Source of the DNA: a virus
Direction: 5' to 3' (one strand)
Length of the DNA stretch: 64,000 bases
IMG/VR virus record: IMGVR_UViG_3300045988_143938
Below are positions 18,101-24,705 of the stretch, piece by piece. The notes beneath the pieces were generated by a model. The model ran no database searches and was not told the origin of the DNA. It worked only from the letters and a program-made list of their open reading frames with translations. The translations under genes were made by a program, and so were the position numbers. Within the stretch, counting starts at the first letter, position 1; each line of letters opens with the position of its first letter.

Positions 18101-19539
18101 AGAGACTGTATTATCACGTTCTCATGGTCTATCCCCATTTCGGGATCATTCACAGTAAGCCGCTTACCTTCCATTATTTCATTATAGAAGTTAGCGTTTC
18201 TTGCCATGAAAATTTCGTCGACGCCTATATTGTAAGAGTAGTTTGTGATGCTGTATTTGGCAAGATACTCTTTAGCCCTTTCCAATAACCTGTTTTCGGC
18301 AGCACGAATATATTCTTGTGGCATAAGTATGTTCAGAAGAACAAACTTGTCCCCGGCTTTCATGTTCCAGTCCTTGTTAGGAACTGTGAAATTATCTGTA
18401 TCCGCTTCTTCGAGGGTGTTTCTTCCGAGCGTAAGGGTGTAGCTGCCATCCGAAGCCTTGACTATTTTGGCAATAGCGAAGGCATACCCTTGCAATGCAC
18501 CGCTCTTCATGGAAAGCTGCGCTTCTGGCATATAGCTTTCGTTTAAGTCAAATCCCAAGTCATAAAGCTGTACCGTAAAAGTGGGTTGCGTTTCACTTGT
18601 TATTGCGTCAACACTCTTTATCTCGTCAATAGCCTGTCCAGCAGAGTTCTTCATCCCCGTAATAGAGGGATAAATATCGTCATAGGTTATCACGCCTTCG
18701 CGAATCCCGTATTTGGCGATAGCCTCGTTTGACGCCAGCACAAAGTCGGTAACTCCGTCAGTCTTAAAACTTGGCAGCATAAGACGAAGAGGAGATAAGG
18801 CGTAGTTGGCGGGGAGAATACTGTCAGTCCATTCAGGCTTTTTCGGATAACTGTAATCAAGGTTTCTTGTGCCACCATAGGCTCGTAACTTAGTTACAAT
18901 CCCTGTGTCCGCATCAGATATTCGTTCAATCTCATATAACCCCTTACCTTTGCCGTATTCAAAAACATTATTCACTACCGGTTCCGCACCGCCAATGGTA
19001 ACGCTTCTTCCTTTTACGAAATAATTCAGCTTGTATTCTGTGTTTACAAGAGAAAGAGCGCTCCAGCAGTTTTGGTTACTCATGGAGATGTTCTTTTCCT
19101 CGCTGTCTACGCCATCTGCAAGGGTTATGCTCCATACACCTTTCCCGTACATGGCGTCCAAGCATGCCTGTATTCTTTCTGCAAGATATTTGACCGTTCC
19201 TGTAAACTCAACAACCAAAGGAGTAGGGTAGACTATTCCGTTGTCGCTGGGAACAATATTACGCATCATGCACCTTTCAAGTTCGTATTTCAGAGAAACG
19301 AAATTAAGGTCATAACTGTATTGATGCTTTGATATTTTCTTTACCGTAGGAAGAAGCTCCAGTTCAAACCGTTCTCCTCTATAATCTATGTAATCAAATA
19401 CGTCAAAGTTTATTTTGGCATCAGATATAAAAGTTGATGTGCACGCGCGTTCCGCCATGAAAACCCCGGTGTACTCCAGCTTATCCAGTACACATCTGAC
19501 TGTTTGTCCGTCCTTGCTATATACCGTAAACCGTCCCAT
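15142..19539 (-). CDS. tail fibre / Tal-like protein with C-terminal S74-type intramolecular chaperone domain
   Basis: 1465 aa; repeated LPNYPT...KPS(Y/W)...GYGITDAYT modules; C-terminal YSDLRKKNV...coiled coil resembles self-cleaving CIMCD (Ser 15517-15519). Confidence 0.85.
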   Translation of the reverse strand: MGRFTVYSKDGQTVRCVLDKLEYTGVFMAERACTSTFISDAKINFDVFDYIDYRGERFELELLPTVKKISKHQYSYDLNFVSLKYELERCMMRNIVPSDNGIVYPTPLVVEFTGTVKYLAERIQACLDAMYGKGVWSITLADGVDSEEKNISMSNQNCWSALSLVNTEYKLNYFVKGRSVTIGGAEPVVNNVFEYGKGKGLYEIERISDADTGIVTKLRAYGGTRNLDYSYPKKPEWTDSILPANYALSPLRLMLPSFKTDGVTDFVLASNEAIAKYGIREGVITYDDIYPSITGMKNSAGQAIDEIKSVDAITSETQPTFTVQLYDLGFDLNESYMPEAQLSMKSGALQGYAFAIAKIVKASDGSYTLTLGRNTLEEADTDNFTVPNKDWNMKAGDKFVLLNILMPQEYIRAAENRLLERAKEYLAKYSITNYSYNIGVDEIFMARNANFYNEIMEGKRLTVNDPEMGIDHENVIIQSLSIKEGEGLIPTFEVTLNNEPSASTLERIQGQISEIETSVNNKFSSQSELSKQYRKKLDKVVWDRNLEERVDDNGKEYLFLTKPLITAYGVTMYSGADVQVPSIYEGLPIDGVTIQWVDGKLVATGGKGTANGIVVNGNTYTPNEDGIITLPNYPTSLEWGNISGKPSWIGSTKPSYSWDEIGGKPSVFPTNWENVSDKPSWIGATKPAYDFSEIQNKPTTIAGYGITDAYTKNDISGLLADYVTKSGAQDITGIKSFINGLNIGDILVKKHSDGVVELDGDLILTGSLTMFAQGSHTASTILDALPIDNTTLSKEGGVLSVIGGVGGGSVDGIILNGTTYSPDETTKLITLPNYPTTLPASDVYSWAKQPNKPSYSFSELSSHPTTLGGYGITDAYTQSDADGRFFRYFGYTTDDGDDFMWQKLGTFTYLNAFPDGVTIKRHGYGQVTSFIAGSSRFQLYSTHSSSDPNDGPNGIQFRSGWGDDKKSWRMLLDEVNYLHYTDNRYVNKAGDTMTGKLLFNADSGIDLISIPRTKSAISFNNADSNRIGINFTDGDGNLRIAKTDINQDWVSGDVNILLGSNNYKVWHAGNDGSGSGLDADLLDGKHLNQGQWNSICYIGGDGVLEIGKYIDFHEEQGVSSDFSCRIMSQGDYQNTLHLPTSSGTLATLGDNVASATKLQTPRTIFSKPFDGTNNVTGGAKFNAICIETDNNGNDSERNSEINNYGSELHLQYNTSRGITMCFGGGNVGIGSLSTSGNKLYVNGDVGVAGTIYFEILSGGSERNLLYQQMADNDLFRIRCGGPSNQGWVEIATADDGTEPIYVRQYTGKFASITRTLTLLDGSGNTICPGNLLTYGGITMYSDLRKKNVLNSIIVPLDVMANADLFDYTFKTDEKYKVRAGTSAQYWNAFLPQVTDTDNEGFFTMSYDVLATTCVLSMAKHFQRFLIEDFNNHETRIEFLERENKELKDSNKEMMNRIIELERRAA

Positions 19540-20009
19540 TAGATCGAAAGTGTTATTTGGGTTTGAGGGTCAGTAACCCGGAATGTAACACTGAACGTCA
19601 ACACATCTCCCTCGTCAGTCTTGCGAACGAAAAGATCCGGTTCTACGGATTTGTAGTAGACACCCTGCCTGCCTATCTTGGTGTAGGTGTCGTAAACCTT
19701 AAGCTCTGCACCGGAATTGTCTTTGCCGGAAAGGTAATCCAAAAAGCCAATCACCTTTTCATTGGCTGTATCCATTTCTCCCTTGTATGCAAATTCCACG
19801 TCAAGTTCATAGGCTTGCATGTAAAGTCTATCAGGGATAAATGTATCCTCTCCGTCCTCGTCTTTCCAGTCTCTCTTCGGCAATTCTTTAGTTTCTCCGT
19901 AAACAGCAAACGGAAAGTCCTTGCACACAACTCCCCATTGGGACTTTGTATCAATAACAGGACTTCCCGGCTTACTCTTTTGAAAATAGATACTGTAAAG
20001 CTTTGCCAT
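19539..20009 (-). CDS. distal tail protein (Dit)-like
   Basis: 156 aa immediately upstream of and overlapping the Tal-like fibre; call based on position and size. Confidence 0.5.
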   Translation of the reverse strand: MAKLYSIYFQKSKPGSPVIDTKSQWGVVCKDFPFAVYGETKELPKRDWKDEDGEDTFIPDRLYMQAYELDVEFAYKGEMDTANEKVIGFLDYLSGKDNSGAELKVYDTYTKIGRQGVYYKSVEPDLFVRKTDEGDVLTFSVTFRVTDPQTQITLSI

Positions 20010-20030
20010 GTGTTATCTTGAGTTTGTGTT

Positions 20031-20088
20031 GTAAAAAAACAAAAAGAGCCAACTAACGGGAATACCGTTAATCAGCTCTTTGGCTTGT
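20031..20088 (-). terminator. promoter-proximal leader hairpin plus U-run
   Basis: mRNA sense CAAGCCAAAGAGC...GGCUCUUUUUGUUUUUUU; near-identical copy at 35679-35729. Confidence 0.45.
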
Positions 20089-20100
20089 TCAATGTTGATG

Positions 20101-20108
20101 CAAATATA
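20101..20108 (-). promoter_or_regulatory. -7 box TATATTTG (minus strand)
   Basis: Plus strand reads TGCAAATATA; same decamer at 22490, 35942 and 43883. Confidence 0.45.
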
Positions 20109-20141
20109 TAGAATATATTCTAAATAATCAATACAAAAACA

Positions 20142-20155
20142 TAGAAAATAGATGA
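20142..20155 (+). promoter_or_regulatory. TAGAAAATAGRTGA motif copy 1
   Basis: tagaaaatagatga, intergenic. Confidence 0.5.
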
Positions 20156-20209
20156 TTTTTATTGCTTCTGCTTATGATTAATAGCCAATACTATCCGGCC
20201 ATATAAATT

Positions 20210-20383
20210 TCATTTGCCCGGAGTAACTATTTTCATGTATGGATTTATCATGCGTTTCCCTTTCAGCGTCTTTTCAAGCTCATCTATTCTTTCGTGTGCC
20301 ATCTGTAAATCTTCGGACAGGCGCAATAATTGTCTCGCAAGGGAAACATTCTCTTTCTGCAATTCGTATATTTTTTCTTCCAT
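20210..20383 (-). CDS. 57-aa coiled-coil protein (below ORF-track cutoff)
   Basis: MEEKIYELQKENVSLARQLLRLSEDLQMAHERIDELEKTLKGK... Confidence 0.3.
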   Translation of the reverse strand: MEEKIYELQKENVSLARQLLRLSEDLQMAHERIDELEKTLKGKRMINPYMKIVTPGK

Positions 20384-20472
20384 GATGAAATATTTGTTTA
20401 GATATTAATAATAGGGGTATAGTTATAGCTATCGGGCATTTGAACCGACTGCTAATTTATTAAATAGTACGA

Positions 20473-20790
20473 TTAGTATTTCCTCATGCAGCTTACGAAT
20501 AAGGCTATAATAGATATAATAATACCTATGACGGAAAGTATTAAATTCCAATTAACAGGATTATGCAAGTTTGGATTAACGGCAAGGTAATGCTTTCCCT
20601 CTTCGGTGAGTTTGACGCTCCACACTTGACCGCCAACCAAATAAGAAGCCTTTACTAACCCTTTTCTTTCAATGGAGCGAACGGATGCGGCAAATACATG
20701 CTTCGGATATGTAACAGGACATTCTCCGCCAAATTCCGAAACGATCCTAAATGCTTGCTTTTCCTCCTTTGTAAGTCTTATTCGCTCCAT
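20473..20790 (-). CDS. small protein with wHTH-like N-domain and C-terminal TM
   Basis: ORF track, 105 aa; C-terminal LILSVIGIIISIIALFVSC. Confidence 0.5.
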   Translation of the reverse strand: MERIRLTKEEKQAFRIVSEFGGECPVTYPKHVFAASVRSIERKGLVKASYLVGGQVWSVKLTEEGKHYLAVNPNLHNPVNWNLILSVIGIIISIIALFVSCMRKY

Positions 20791-20850
20791 AACCTACTCG
20801 TTTTCTGCAAATTTACTAAATACTACGCAAATATGTGTTGTTGTGCTATA

Positions 20851-21672
20851 CTATTTTATAGGCGAAATCTTTCTGTCAGAAGGTTTCCCACCGAACAACT
20901 GATTGATATAAGCAAGTCCTTTGGGCTTACAAAGTACCTTTTGATATAATATGTCGGGGTGGCTGTCTCTGTGTATAGGCGGTAACAGCGTCATTTCAAA
21001 ATACCCGGCGTCAATGTACTTTTGTTTCGGTTCGTTCCTGTCTTTAAAGAATACGCCCACTTCCTTTAGCTTTTTAAAAAGGGTGTTTCTCCCGAAACCG
21101 AGGTTGAGAATCTTTGCGGCTTGGCCTATGTCTACTTTGCCCTCTGCTTTGAAAGCGGCTTCGGCAAAGTCGGCTTTGGGTTTTAGTTTGGCGTTCTTCT
21201 CTTCAAGCTGCTTCTTTTCTTGTTCTAATCTCGCCTTTTCCTCACGCTCATTTTTTAACTGTGTGGCAAGGCTGATAACAAGATCGGGGTTGTTTATCAT
21301 CTGCTCCAAAGTTGGCTGCGTGGCGGTCATGCCGTATTGGAGAAGCTCTTTGATGCGGTCATTGCACCATAAATAAAAGTCAGGAGAAAGCCATTGAGCG
21401 AAGATTAATGCCAAATCCTCATGTAACCATGTACCTTGATTGTTACCTCCTTGATTTACAGTAACTAAACCCGTTGCGGGAATTCCCGTTTTGGCTGATA
21501 ATGAGCTAATTAACTCATTTGTCTGTTTTGTTGACAAAAAGTCATTACAGCGTTTTCCAAACGGTTTGGCCATTTCGGTGGCGTTCACCATTACACTATC
21601 GCCTTTCTGAAAGGTAATAGGACTTCCATTGTATTGGAAGATTTGATTTTCATTCAAGTGTCGCATAAACAA
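20851..21672 (-). CDS. phage antirepressor, KilA-N N-domain plus KilAC/ANT C-domain
   Basis: GTWLHEDLALIFAQWLSPDFYLWCNDRI (KilA-N-like); KPKADFAEAAF..GKVDIGQAAKILNLGFGRNTLFKKLKEVGVFF. Confidence 0.8.
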   Translation of the reverse strand: MFMRHLNENQIFQYNGSPITFQKGDSVMVNATEMAKPFGKRCNDFLSTKQTNELISSLSAKTGIPATGLVTVNQGGNNQGTWLHEDLALIFAQWLSPDFYLWCNDRIKELLQYGMTATQPTLEQMINNPDLVISLATQLKNEREEKARLEQEKKQLEEKNAKLKPKADFAEAAFKAEGKVDIGQAAKILNLGFGRNTLFKKLKEVGVFFKDRNEPKQKYIDAGYFEMTLLPPIHRDSHPDILYQKVLCKPKGLAYINQLFGGKPSDRKISPIK

Positions 21673-21931
21673 TGAAAATTAAAAGTTAATAATATAAGAA
21701 GAAAGCAGAGGCTTTCTCCAAGTTGCGACACTTCCATATTGGCTTTGGGGCGAAATATGTACGGAGAAACCTCTGCTTATATTTTGGGCAGTAGTTCAAT
21801 ATAGGGCATAAAAAATCCCCAATCCAAATATGTATATAAAAGTGTCGCACTGCAAAGATAGATATAATCTTTGAAATAGCAATGGTAGCCAAATATATTT
21901 TCAATAATTAGCTACCTTTGCTGCGACAATT
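21656..21931. promoter_or_regulatory. divergent promoter region with four TGCGACA(C/A)TT sites
   Basis: AAGTGTCGCA 21656-65 and 21840-49; TGCGACACTT 21724-33; TGCGACAATT 21922-31; -7 boxes 21913-20 (+) and 21853-60 (-) each abut a site. Confidence 0.45.
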
Positions 21932-21946
21932 AAAATTTATCTATAT

Positions 21947-22246
21947 ATGAAAGATGTATTTGATAGTTTCTCTATTGGAGATTTTGTATTCCAATCAGAG
22001 AATATGACCTATTCAGAATTTCTTGCTTTTTGCAAATCTGTGTTAGACGAAATTGAAAAACTCAACTTATCAGATAACGGATTCTACAAAGAGAAGAAGA
22101 ACTCTATTGTAAAACTTTACAGATTTGCAAAATCAGCAGAAGCGTACGTTCGCACAAACGGAGCTACCGCAGGCGGTAATTCAGAGACTGATCTTGTTTA
22201 TTTGAAAGCAATCCTCGACGGGATAAAAAAACGTCACAATCTCTAA
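21947..22246 (+). CDS. hypothetical protein
   Basis: ORF track, 99 aa. Confidence 0.5.
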   Translation: MKDVFDSFSIGDFVFQSENMTYSEFLAFCKSVLDEIEKLNLSDNGFYKEKKNSIVKLYRFAKSAEAYVRTNGATAGGNSETDLVYLKAILDGIKKRHNL

Positions 22247-22460
22247 TGGGTTGCACAAAATCCTTTAGGCTGGCGTTCATCTTCTTAATGGCTGCCAGTC
22301 TTTTGTCTATTTCTTCTTCTTGCTCTAATCCGTTATCTGCTCTCCACAGCTCTAAATCCGCAACTTCTGCTATAAGCATTTCAAGCTGAACAATAAACTC
22401 GTTACAATTCCTGTGTAATTGCAATTCCTTTCGTTCTCTTTTACTTATCTCATCTTTCAT
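22164..22460 (-). CDS. hypothetical coiled-coil protein
   Basis: ORF track, 98 aa; 3' end overlaps 21947-22246 by 83 nt. Confidence 0.5.
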   Translation of the reverse strand: MKDEISKRERKELQLHRNCNEFIVQLEMLIAEVADLELWRADNGLEQEEEIDKRLAAIKKMNASLKDFVQPIRDCDVFLSRRGLLSNKQDQSLNYRLR

Positions 22461-22499
22461 AATTATTTCATGTATTTTCTATATTTTTGTGCAAATATA

Positions 22500-22513
22500 T
22501 AGAAAATAGGTGA
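22500..22513 (+). promoter_or_regulatory. TAGAAAATAGRTGA motif copy 2
   Basis: tagaaaataggtga directly abutting minus-strand -7 box (22492-22499). Confidence 0.5.
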
Positions 22514-22657
22514 TTTTCTCAAGCGATGCGGATAATAAAAGGGTGGATGTGTTTTATAACATACAATAGTTGTTACAATAAATCATAAATAAAATAATAT
22601 TTATCAATATAAAGTTGTTAACTTTGCCGCACATTAATTAACAAAAACAAATGCTTT

Positions 22658-23041
22658 ATGAGAAAGATTTTATTTTTACTGGCAATGTTGCCAATGTTAA
22701 TGTTTAGTGCATGTTCGGATGATGACGACGAAGTTAAGATTACCTCTGAGCAAGTTACAGGAAAATGGAATGTTACTTGGGTGCAAGAGGGAAGCGCAAG
22801 TTCTGATATATCCAAAGGGAATATATATATGGAACTAAGAAGCGATGGGTCTTACAAGACTGTAATATTCGGAGATTACTACATTGGAAAATGGAAACTT
22901 GAAGGGAGTACCGTTGTTGGAACTACAATAGACCCTATTACCGAACGTTATACATTTACGTCATTTGACGGTAAGAATGCGGAAATAGACTACTCTAATA
23001 GCGAAGGTGATAAAATGAAGTTCAGAGCTACAAAAGAGTAA
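22658..23041 (+). CDS. surface-exposed lipoprotein (lipocalin-like), moron
   Basis: MRKILFLLAMLPMLMFSAC lipobox followed by SDDDDE (acidic lipoprotein export signal of Bacteroidota); GKWNV/GKWKL lipocalin-like strands. Confidence 0.75.
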   Translation: MRKILFLLAMLPMLMFSACSDDDDEVKITSEQVTGKWNVTWVQEGSASSDISKGNIYMELRSDGSYKTVIFGDYYIGKWKLEGSTVVGTTIDPITERYTFTSFDGKNAEIDYSNSEGDKMKFRATKE

Positions 23042-23081
23042 TACACAACTTTAAGGCTTAATATATTAGTACATCATCAGG

Positions 23082-23112
23082 TCAAGCGGAGGAAACTCCG
23101 CTTGATTTGTTT
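23082..23112 (+). terminator. intrinsic terminator
   Basis: TCAAGCGGA-GGAAAC-TCCGCTTGA then TTTGTTTG. Confidence 0.6.
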
Positions 23113-23244
23113 GTGAGAGAAAGTTATTCTGTATTAATAAGTAATCTATTAAAAACTAAACATTTAGATTGGTGCCACTTCGTTGTATGCTATTAAACAT
23201 GTATAAAAAAATAAGTGATTTATTGCAATATAAACTTTAGTCGC

Positions 23245-23252
23245 TATATTTG
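23245..23252 (+). promoter_or_regulatory. -7 box TATATTTG
   Basis: Followed by structured ~90-nt leader ending in T6 (23340-23345). Confidence 0.4.
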
Positions 23253-23478
23253 CATCATAATTACGCTCATGGCTACGCATACCCGAAAGCAGCTTCTTGC
23301 CGCTTATCCTTAAATAATGGGTATGCCGACCCCTGGGCATTTTTTATAAATAACCATAATGAAAAAAGACAACAACTTCTCACCTGTAAGGGTTGCCGTA
23401 TTGGTAGATAGCGGTTTTTATAATTTTGATTAGGTATTTCCAATCGAAATTTTCTCTGCTTTTCTTGCCTTACATATT

Positions 23479-23566
23479 TTCGTTCTATCTTTCTAAAATT
23501 ACTATTGTTAAAAAACTGATTTATTGGTTATTTATTTGCTTGTTCGTTCTATCTTTCTTATATTTG
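23479..23566 (+). promoter_or_regulatory. two 16-nt direct repeats plus -7 box
   Basis: TTCGTTCTATCTTTCT at 23479-94 and 23543-58; second copy abuts TATATTTG (23559-66). Confidence 0.45.
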
Positions 23567-23585
23567 CATATCAAATAGCGCTATA

Positions 23586-23834
23586 ATGAGTAATTGGAGC
23601 GAAAAACAAGAAGCGAAGAAAGAGGGCAAGGAAAAGGATAAGGTAAGGCGTGAAAAACTTGCAGGATTCTTTTTTAATTTGGCGCAAGTTTCTTTCACTG
23701 TATTATCTTTGGGATTGGCAATAACCCTTGTGAAAGAAGAACTTTATGATAACATTTTATTAATTGTTCTTGTTTCTATGGGAATTATACTTACGGTATT
23801 ATTTGCAAAAATAGGTAATAACATTTTAAGATAA
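23586..23834 (+). CDS. small membrane protein
   Basis: Lys/Glu-rich N-terminus then two TM segments. Confidence 0.6.
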   Translation: MSNWSEKQEAKKEGKEKDKVRREKLAGFFFNLAQVSFTVLSLGLAITLVKEELYDNILLIVLVSMGIILTVLFAKIGNNILR

Positions 23835-23839
23835 ATATT

Positions 23840-23941
23840 ATGGTTGCATTATATGGGTTTGGGCTTATAACAGTAATAACTGTTGCCTTTTGGATTTATA
23901 CAGAAACTCCCTCCGGTAAAAAGTGGATAAAAGGGCTGTGA
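23840..23941 (+). CDS. 33-aa single-TM peptide, paralog 1
   Basis: MVALYGFGLITVITVAFWIYTETPSGKKWIKGL. Confidence 0.45.
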   Translation: MVALYGFGLITVITVAFWIYTETPSGKKWIKGL

Positions 23942-23945
23942 TAAT

Positions 23946-24050
23946 ATGGATGGATTGACAATATTATTTATATTTACGAGTATAATAGGGGGAGGTTTTG
24001 CACTTTGGCTTAAAACCAAGTCAGGCAAGAAGTGGTTAAGAGAACTGTAA
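23946..24050 (+). CDS. 34-aa single-TM peptide, paralog 2
   Basis: MDGLTILFIFTSIIGGGFALWLKTKSGKKWLREL. Confidence 0.45.
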   Translation: MDGLTILFIFTSIIGGGFALWLKTKSGKKWLREL

Positions 24051-24052
24051 TT

Positions 24053-24157
24053 ATGGAAGGTTTGTTAATCGTTTTGGGAGGTTCTGGAGCTTTAGCCTTT
24101 TTATTTGCTCTTTGGCTGAATACTCGAAAAGGCAAGAAGTGGCTTGCAAGCTTATAA
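24053..24157 (+). CDS. 34-aa single-TM peptide, paralog 3
   Basis: MEGLLIVLGGSGALAFLFALWLNTRKGKKWLASL. Confidence 0.45.
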   Translation: MEGLLIVLGGSGALAFLFALWLNTRKGKKWLASL

Positions 24158-24185
24158 ATTGACTATTATTTAGATAAAACAATAA

Positions 24186-24211
24186 AGCCAGACACTACAT
24201 CTGGCTTTTTC
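24186..24211 (+). terminator. intrinsic terminator
   Basis: AGCCAG-ACACTACAT-CTGGCT then TTTTT. Confidence 0.5.
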
Positions 24212-24701
24212 TTTGCAATACATCTCCCTCGGTTTCTACTACACAGTCCTCTCCATGAATATATACATATACAGAGGCTATTCCTCTTTGAATTACGTTT
24301 ACCTTTGCCCGGTCATACACATTAATGAATATCTTGCAATACTGAGAACAGTCAATAGTCACTTCGCTATCATGACGGACATACAAATCACATATAGAGA
24401 AACCGTCAAATAGGAGAGTACCTTTACAGCTTCCGTTCAGTACGGATGTGTGGCTCATATTTCGCTTTTGTATATCTTCGTCAACAAATATGTTGTTTCT
24501 GTGAAGAATATCCTTATCGAAGTTTTCCTTTATGAAATTATTGGTAGGATACCCTTTGTCTATACAGAAATCAATCCCATGCAAATACTTGTCAATTAAC
24601 GCTTGTTGATCGGGAGAACCCCATTGTTCCGTCCATTCCGTACATAATCCCAGTGATACTGCTTGGTTGAGTAATGTTCTGCTTAAAGCCTTGTCGTTCA
24701 T
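24195..24701 (-). CDS. protein with helical N-domain and degenerate 8-residue-period beta-solenoid
   Basis: Directly downstream of tape measure gene; SVLNGSCK/GTLLFDGF/SICDLYVR/HDSEVTID... 8-aa periodicity. Confidence 0.6.
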   Translation of the reverse strand: MNDKALSRTLLNQAVSLGLCTEWTEQWGSPDQQALIDKYLHGIDFCIDKGYPTNNFIKENFDKDILHRNNIFVDEDIQKRNMSHTSVLNGSCKGTLLFDGFSICDLYVRHDSEVTIDCSQYCKIFINVYDRAKVNVIQRGIASVYVYIHGEDCVVETEGDVLQRKSQM

Positions 24702-24705
24702 AATT

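Noticed and set aside
19557-20021. Long antisense track ORFs inside large genes: 19557-20021, 28112-28681, 29422-30084, 32998-33693, 38042-38575, 41722-42243 and 42638-43153.
   Set aside because: Each lies wholly within a longer opposite-strand gene that has recognisable motifs or operon context. Their compositions are Ser/Leu/Cys-rich, which is typical of antisense frames.
21686-21904. A 72-aa minus-strand track ORF in the divergent promoter region.
   Set aside because: It is low-complexity and spans the operator repeats and both -7 boxes. The region is better explained as regulatory DNA.
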